Shown: positions 37,061-40,456 of the stretch, piece by piece
How the letters are laid out: every line of letters starts with the position of its first letter
Numbering within the stretch: the first letter of the stretch is position 1
From: a virus
Taxonomy: Duplodnaviria > Caudoviricetes
Virus record (IMG/VR): IMGVR_UViG_3300034171_000184
Location: 1-40,456 of that record
Length of the DNA stretch: 40,456 nucleotides
Reading direction: 5' to 3' (one strand)
Program-made: the position numbers and the translations under genes
Notes under the pieces: model-generated
The model's input: only the letters and a program-made list of their open reading frames with translations
The model's database searches: none
Told to the model about the DNA's origin: nothing

Positions 37061-37918
37061 ATGACACCCACAATTCAAGAGATCAAAGCCCAGATACTTG
37101 CCGCCAAGAGCGAGCAGGAAAGCCTTGCGGGGCTGGACAGCACGTCAAACGTCGCCATCTATAACCTATGGGCTTATGTGGTCGCAAGTGTGGCATGGGC
37201 GCTCTATTCCTTTCTGGATCTATTTCAGGTGGAAATGAACGCCCAGATCGCAAATCAAAAAGTGGGTACCACCAAATGGTACCAGCAAAAGGCACTGGGC
37301 TACCTGCACGGGGTTCCGCTGATTGCCGAAAGTGACCGGTTTGATACATCAGGTTACAATGACCTTCAACTGGCTCAGGCCAAGATCGTGGGGCGTGCTG
37401 CGGTGAACGAGCTGGAACTGGGGAACCGGAAAAGCCTGTTCATCAAGGTGGCCAAAGAGAGCGGCGGGAACCTACAGGCGCTCACCGCGCAAGAGCGCAA
37501 TGGCGTGGAGCAGTATTTTGCCCGCATCAAGTTTGCCGGTACGAAGCTCTTTATATTCAGTGATAAGGCCGATGACCTTCGCCTGGAGATCGATTTTTAT
37601 TACAATTCGCTGATCTATACCGATAGCGGCGTGAAGATAGACGGCACCAATAATGAGCCGGTTCAGGATACGATCAGGGACTATCTGCGCAACCTTCGTT
37701 TTAACGGGGAGTTCACCGTGGCCGAACTGGAGAAGCGGCTTCGCGTGCTGGAAGGTGCGGCAGATCAGGAGGTCTATGTGATGCGTGCCGCGGCCAATTA
37801 TGAGAACCCGCCCAATTATATTGCCATCGACAGCAGCTATATCGCAAACAGCGGTTATATGCAGATCACCGATGATAATTTAACGATCAATTTCATTCCC
37901 AAAAACGTAGCATTATAG
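37061..37918 (+). CDS. Baseplate J-like protein
   Basis: STSNVAIYNLWAYVVA, GTTKWYQQKAL, IKFAGT and LRFNGEF motifs. Confidence 0.85.
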   Translation: MTPTIQEIKAQILAAKSEQESLAGLDSTSNVAIYNLWAYVVASVAWALYSFLDLFQVEMNAQIANQKVGTTKWYQQKALGYLHGVPLIAESDRFDTSGYNDLQLAQAKIVGRAAVNELELGNRKSLFIKVAKESGGNLQALTAQERNGVEQYFARIKFAGTKLFIFSDKADDLRLEIDFYYNSLIYTDSGVKIDGTNNEPVQDTIRDYLRNLRFNGEFTVAELEKRLRVLEGAADQEVYVMRAAANYENPPNYIAIDSSYIANSGYMQITDDNLTINFIPKNVAL

Positions 37919-38403
37919 TGTACGAGAAACTTTTTGATATCGACCTGAAGGCGTATGTGCAAGATCTTATCCCCGTAGATCTGCGCAGCGTGGAGATGCT
38001 GGCATGGCTGGGCGCGCTCATTGCGCCCTTTGTTACGATTTTGGCACGTTTCACGACCTACCGCGTGGATTCGATCTATAAGATCGAGCATACCGCGCAG
38101 GTCTATTCGCTGGAAACCGTACTGAACGATGCCTACGACCGTGCCGGGCACCGCATCTATATTCAGGACGGCGTCTACATCAACCCTAATTACTTTTATG
38201 AACCAGCTGAAGAAAAGCCGGTCTATTTCTATGAAGGGGATCCCGCGGTGCTTTTTTACGAACCCACCCAGAACCTTGACGTGGATTTTGTGGTGGTACT
38301 GCCCTCGGATCTGTACCTCACCGCGGCGGGGCTTTTCCGGATCAAGGCACTGATCAACTTTTATAAATTACCTGACAAGACATACAATTTGACTTATGAA
38401 TAG
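37918..38403 (+). CDS. Baseplate wedge / tail I (gp48-like) protein
   Basis: QVYSLETVLNDAYD...DFVVVLP...YKLPDKTY. Confidence 0.82.
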   Translation: MYEKLFDIDLKAYVQDLIPVDLRSVEMLAWLGALIAPFVTILARFTTYRVDSIYKIEHTAQVYSLETVLNDAYDRAGHRIYIQDGVYINPNYFYEPAEEKPVYFYEGDPAVLFYEPTQNLDVDFVVVLPSDLYLTAAGLFRIKALINFYKLPDKTYNLTYE

Positions 38404-39253
38404 ACTGGAGATACAAGGGTCGGGCTTCCCGGCAACGAACAAAACATGGCGCTTTCTGAGCGATATGGTCTACCAGATCGAGCGGCTCAGCACCATGGGC
38501 GGGAGAAACTACGTGGTGAGCGGTTGCGAAATCAACGGCAATACCGTGGCCAGTGGCTTTGTGGTGCTGCGCGGCGAGCTGATGCCATTTGTGGGCGGAA
38601 ACATTAACGAAGATGTCACCGTTATCCAAAATGTGGATAAGACCACGTATCTGGAGGATGCCAACAATGACGGCCTGGGCGATGCCAAGGATACGTATTT
38701 TACGCGCAGCGCCCGTTTTGGCACCGGTGGAGTCATCACTTACAAATGGATCGACGTGGAGCGCTTTACACCCCTCACCGAGATCAATAAGCGGTTATTG
38801 CCACCGGGATCCAACCCGCAGATATATACCGGGAACATTGATTCTATTCCGGATGGTTGGTTCCTGTGCAACGGTACCAACGGTACGCCTAACCTTTCCG
38901 GCAAGTTTCTGGTGGGGCTGGATCCGGGCGATGCTGATCACAATGCGATCGGAAAAACTGGAGGTCAGAAGAAAGTGAAGCTTTCAGAGCAGGAAATGCC
39001 GCAGCATAAACATAGCGGGAGCGTAAGTATTCCGGCTCACAGCCACGGGCTGCCCGGTGACGTTGTGGGTGTGGGAGGTACACAGACCAATGCCCTGAGC
39101 AACTCCAATAACGTTGGTCATAAAACGGTGAGCAGTACATCGAGCTCGGGAGCTCAAACGGGAAGTATCAGTACGGCAAATGTGGGAGGGAATCAGTCCC
39201 ACGAGAACAGACCGCCCTATTATACACTGGCATACATTATTTATATGGGGTAA
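38396..39253 (+). CDS. Tail fibre / collar-domain protein
   Basis: IPDGWFLCNGTNGTPNLSGKF, MPQHKH and HENRPPYYTLAYI. Confidence 0.88.
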   Translation: MNRLEIQGSGFPATNKTWRFLSDMVYQIERLSTMGGRNYVVSGCEINGNTVASGFVVLRGELMPFVGGNINEDVTVIQNVDKTTYLEDANNDGLGDAKDTYFTRSARFGTGGVITYKWIDVERFTPLTEINKRLLPPGSNPQIYTGNIDSIPDGWFLCNGTNGTPNLSGKFLVGLDPGDADHNAIGKTGGQKKVKLSEQEMPQHKHSGSVSIPAHSHGLPGDVVGVGGTQTNALSNSNNVGHKTVSSTSSSGAQTGSISTANVGGNQSHENRPPYYTLAYIIYMG

Positions 39254-39381
39254 AAAAAAGCCCCCGGCGCATTCAAAGATCTCACTCAATTAAATACTAA
39301 AAACCCTAACGGTTTTACCGGAGGCCAAAATCCTTCAGTGAACTATTAGGGTTTTTTTAATTGAGTGAGATTGTAAAGATA
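39252..39381. ncRNA. Structured leader / antisense sRNA candidate upstream of the methylase
   Basis: Rod hairpin 39279-39371; minus-strand TATCTTTA box at 39381-39374; minus-strand GC stem plus T8 ending at 39252. Confidence 0.6.
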
Positions 39382-40208
39382 TGATAAAAGAGCTTAAAAC
39401 GCCCACCTCATACTATGGTGGCAAACAGAATCTTGTAAGGCATATATTGCCCTTAATACCAGACCATACCCTATATACGGAACCTTTTGTGGGCGGCGGC
39501 GCGATCTTCTGGTCAAAGCCGCCCAGCACCACAGAGGTCATCAACGATTACAACAGGGAACTGATCAACTTTTACGAGTGCGTGCAGAATGAGTTCGTGG
39601 AGCTTGAGAAAATGGTGCGCATAAGCCTCCACAGTCGTTCGCTGCATGGCGATGCCACCGTGATCTACAATAACCCCCACATGTTCCCGCGCCTGAAGCG
39701 TGCATGGGCGATATGGGTTTTGGCCGCGCAGAGCTTCTCATCCATGCTGGATGGATCCTTTGGCTATGATCGTATCGGTACGACCTCAAAGAAGATATTG
39801 AACAAGCGCCGTGATTTCACGACCGATCTGGCCATTAGGATCCAGAACGTGCAGATCGAGTGCACGGATGCCCTACGGGTGATCCGATCAAGGGATAGGC
39901 CGGATGCCTTTCATTACTGCGACCCACCGTATTTCAACAGCGACTGTGGACATTATGATGGTTATACCAAAGAAGACTTTGAGAACCTCTTAAACACGCT
40001 TTCAGGCATAGAAGGAAAGTTTCTCATGAGCAGTTATCCCAGCGAGATCTTAAAGGAGCATACGGAGCGCCATGGATGGCACACAATTCAACTGGAGCAG
40101 ACCGTAAGTGTGGCGGCTGGGACAGGCAGTCCCGGGAAAAAGAAGATAGAGGTACTCACGGCAAACTACGACCTGAGCAACCCCAAAGACCATTTAAAGC
40201 TGTTCTAA
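39381..40208 (+). CDS. dam: DNA adenine methyltransferase (Dam/D12 class) at the mom-equivalent locus
   Basis: YYGGK, EPFVGGG, EVINDYN and YCDPPY motifs. Confidence 0.92.
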   Translation: MIKELKTPTSYYGGKQNLVRHILPLIPDHTLYTEPFVGGGAIFWSKPPSTTEVINDYNRELINFYECVQNEFVELEKMVRISLHSRSLHGDATVIYNNPHMFPRLKRAWAIWVLAAQSFSSMLDGSFGYDRIGTTSKKILNKRRDFTTDLAIRIQNVQIECTDALRVIRSRDRPDAFHYCDPPYFNSDCGHYDGYTKEDFENLLNTLSGIEGKFLMSSYPSEILKEHTERHGWHTIQLEQTVSVAAGTGSPGKKKIEVLTANYDLSNPKDHLKLF

Positions 40209-40254
40209 AGGGCGTTTAATACTGATTAAACTATTATATTGCGTGCGAAAAATA

Positions 40255-40303
40255 GGCTCGATTTGATTTTCAAAGGGGTGCGTTTTGATTTGCCGATTAT
40301 ACA
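40255..40303 (-). repeat. Right end (attR) with two transposase-binding-like repeats
   Basis: TTTGATTT at 40262 and 40284 (22-bp period); ends ...TTATACA. Confidence 0.88.
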
Positions 40304-40456
40304 TGATAAATAATTTAAACGTTAATATGTTACCTTAAATCCGCAAGTCGTTAATTTGTTGTTTTAAAATCTATTTTGTAGGGTAAACTTAACGTTTTTG
40401 AAGACTATTCTGGTTGTATTTTCGTTGATTTTCCTGTTTTTGTTTTATCACTTCCT

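Larger units (their letters stand above)
126..40303. mobile_element. Mu-like transposable prophage (contractile tail), apparently complete, 40,178 bp
   Basis: TG...CA terminal inverted repeats; transposase plus AAA ATPase; GemA-, Mor-, gp36-, gpG- and MuF-like genes; sheath, tube and baseplate genes. The two host flanks rejoin into a coherent gene start. Confidence 0.95.

Noticed and set aside
32485-39253. Gin-type invertible tail fibre segment
   Set aside because: No serine invertase, no oppositely oriented fibre gene, and no flanking inverted repeats seen.

Overview
The window holds an apparently complete ~40.2 kb Mu-like transposable prophage (myovirus type) from a Flavobacteriaceae-like Bacteroidetes host. 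It spans 126-40303 between imperfect TG...CA terminal inverted repeats and is inserted exactly at the start codon of a host tonB-like gene. Left to right it carries: repressor/Ner switch, transposase plus two P-loop ATPases, an early accessory region (DUF3164, GemA-like, ASCH, HNH and others), a low-GC moron island, a Mor-like activator, a minus-strand packaging operon (TerS, TerL, gp36, portal-MuF fusion, tape measure, gpG, gp37-like), a divergent plus-strand head/lysis/tail operon, and an adenine methyltransferase at the Mu mom position. The most notable oddities are: (1) no 5-bp target duplication, with the host ATG rebuilt by the phage end; (2) an attC-like inverted repeat that wraps a whole ORF; (3) a structured-RNA cluster with a tRNA-like minidomain ahead of a tiny membrane peptide; (4) a rod-like switchable RNA with an antisense promoter in front of the methylase; (5) a tape measure gene relocated into the packaging operon. 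Family names come from motif recognition by eye; no database searches were run.
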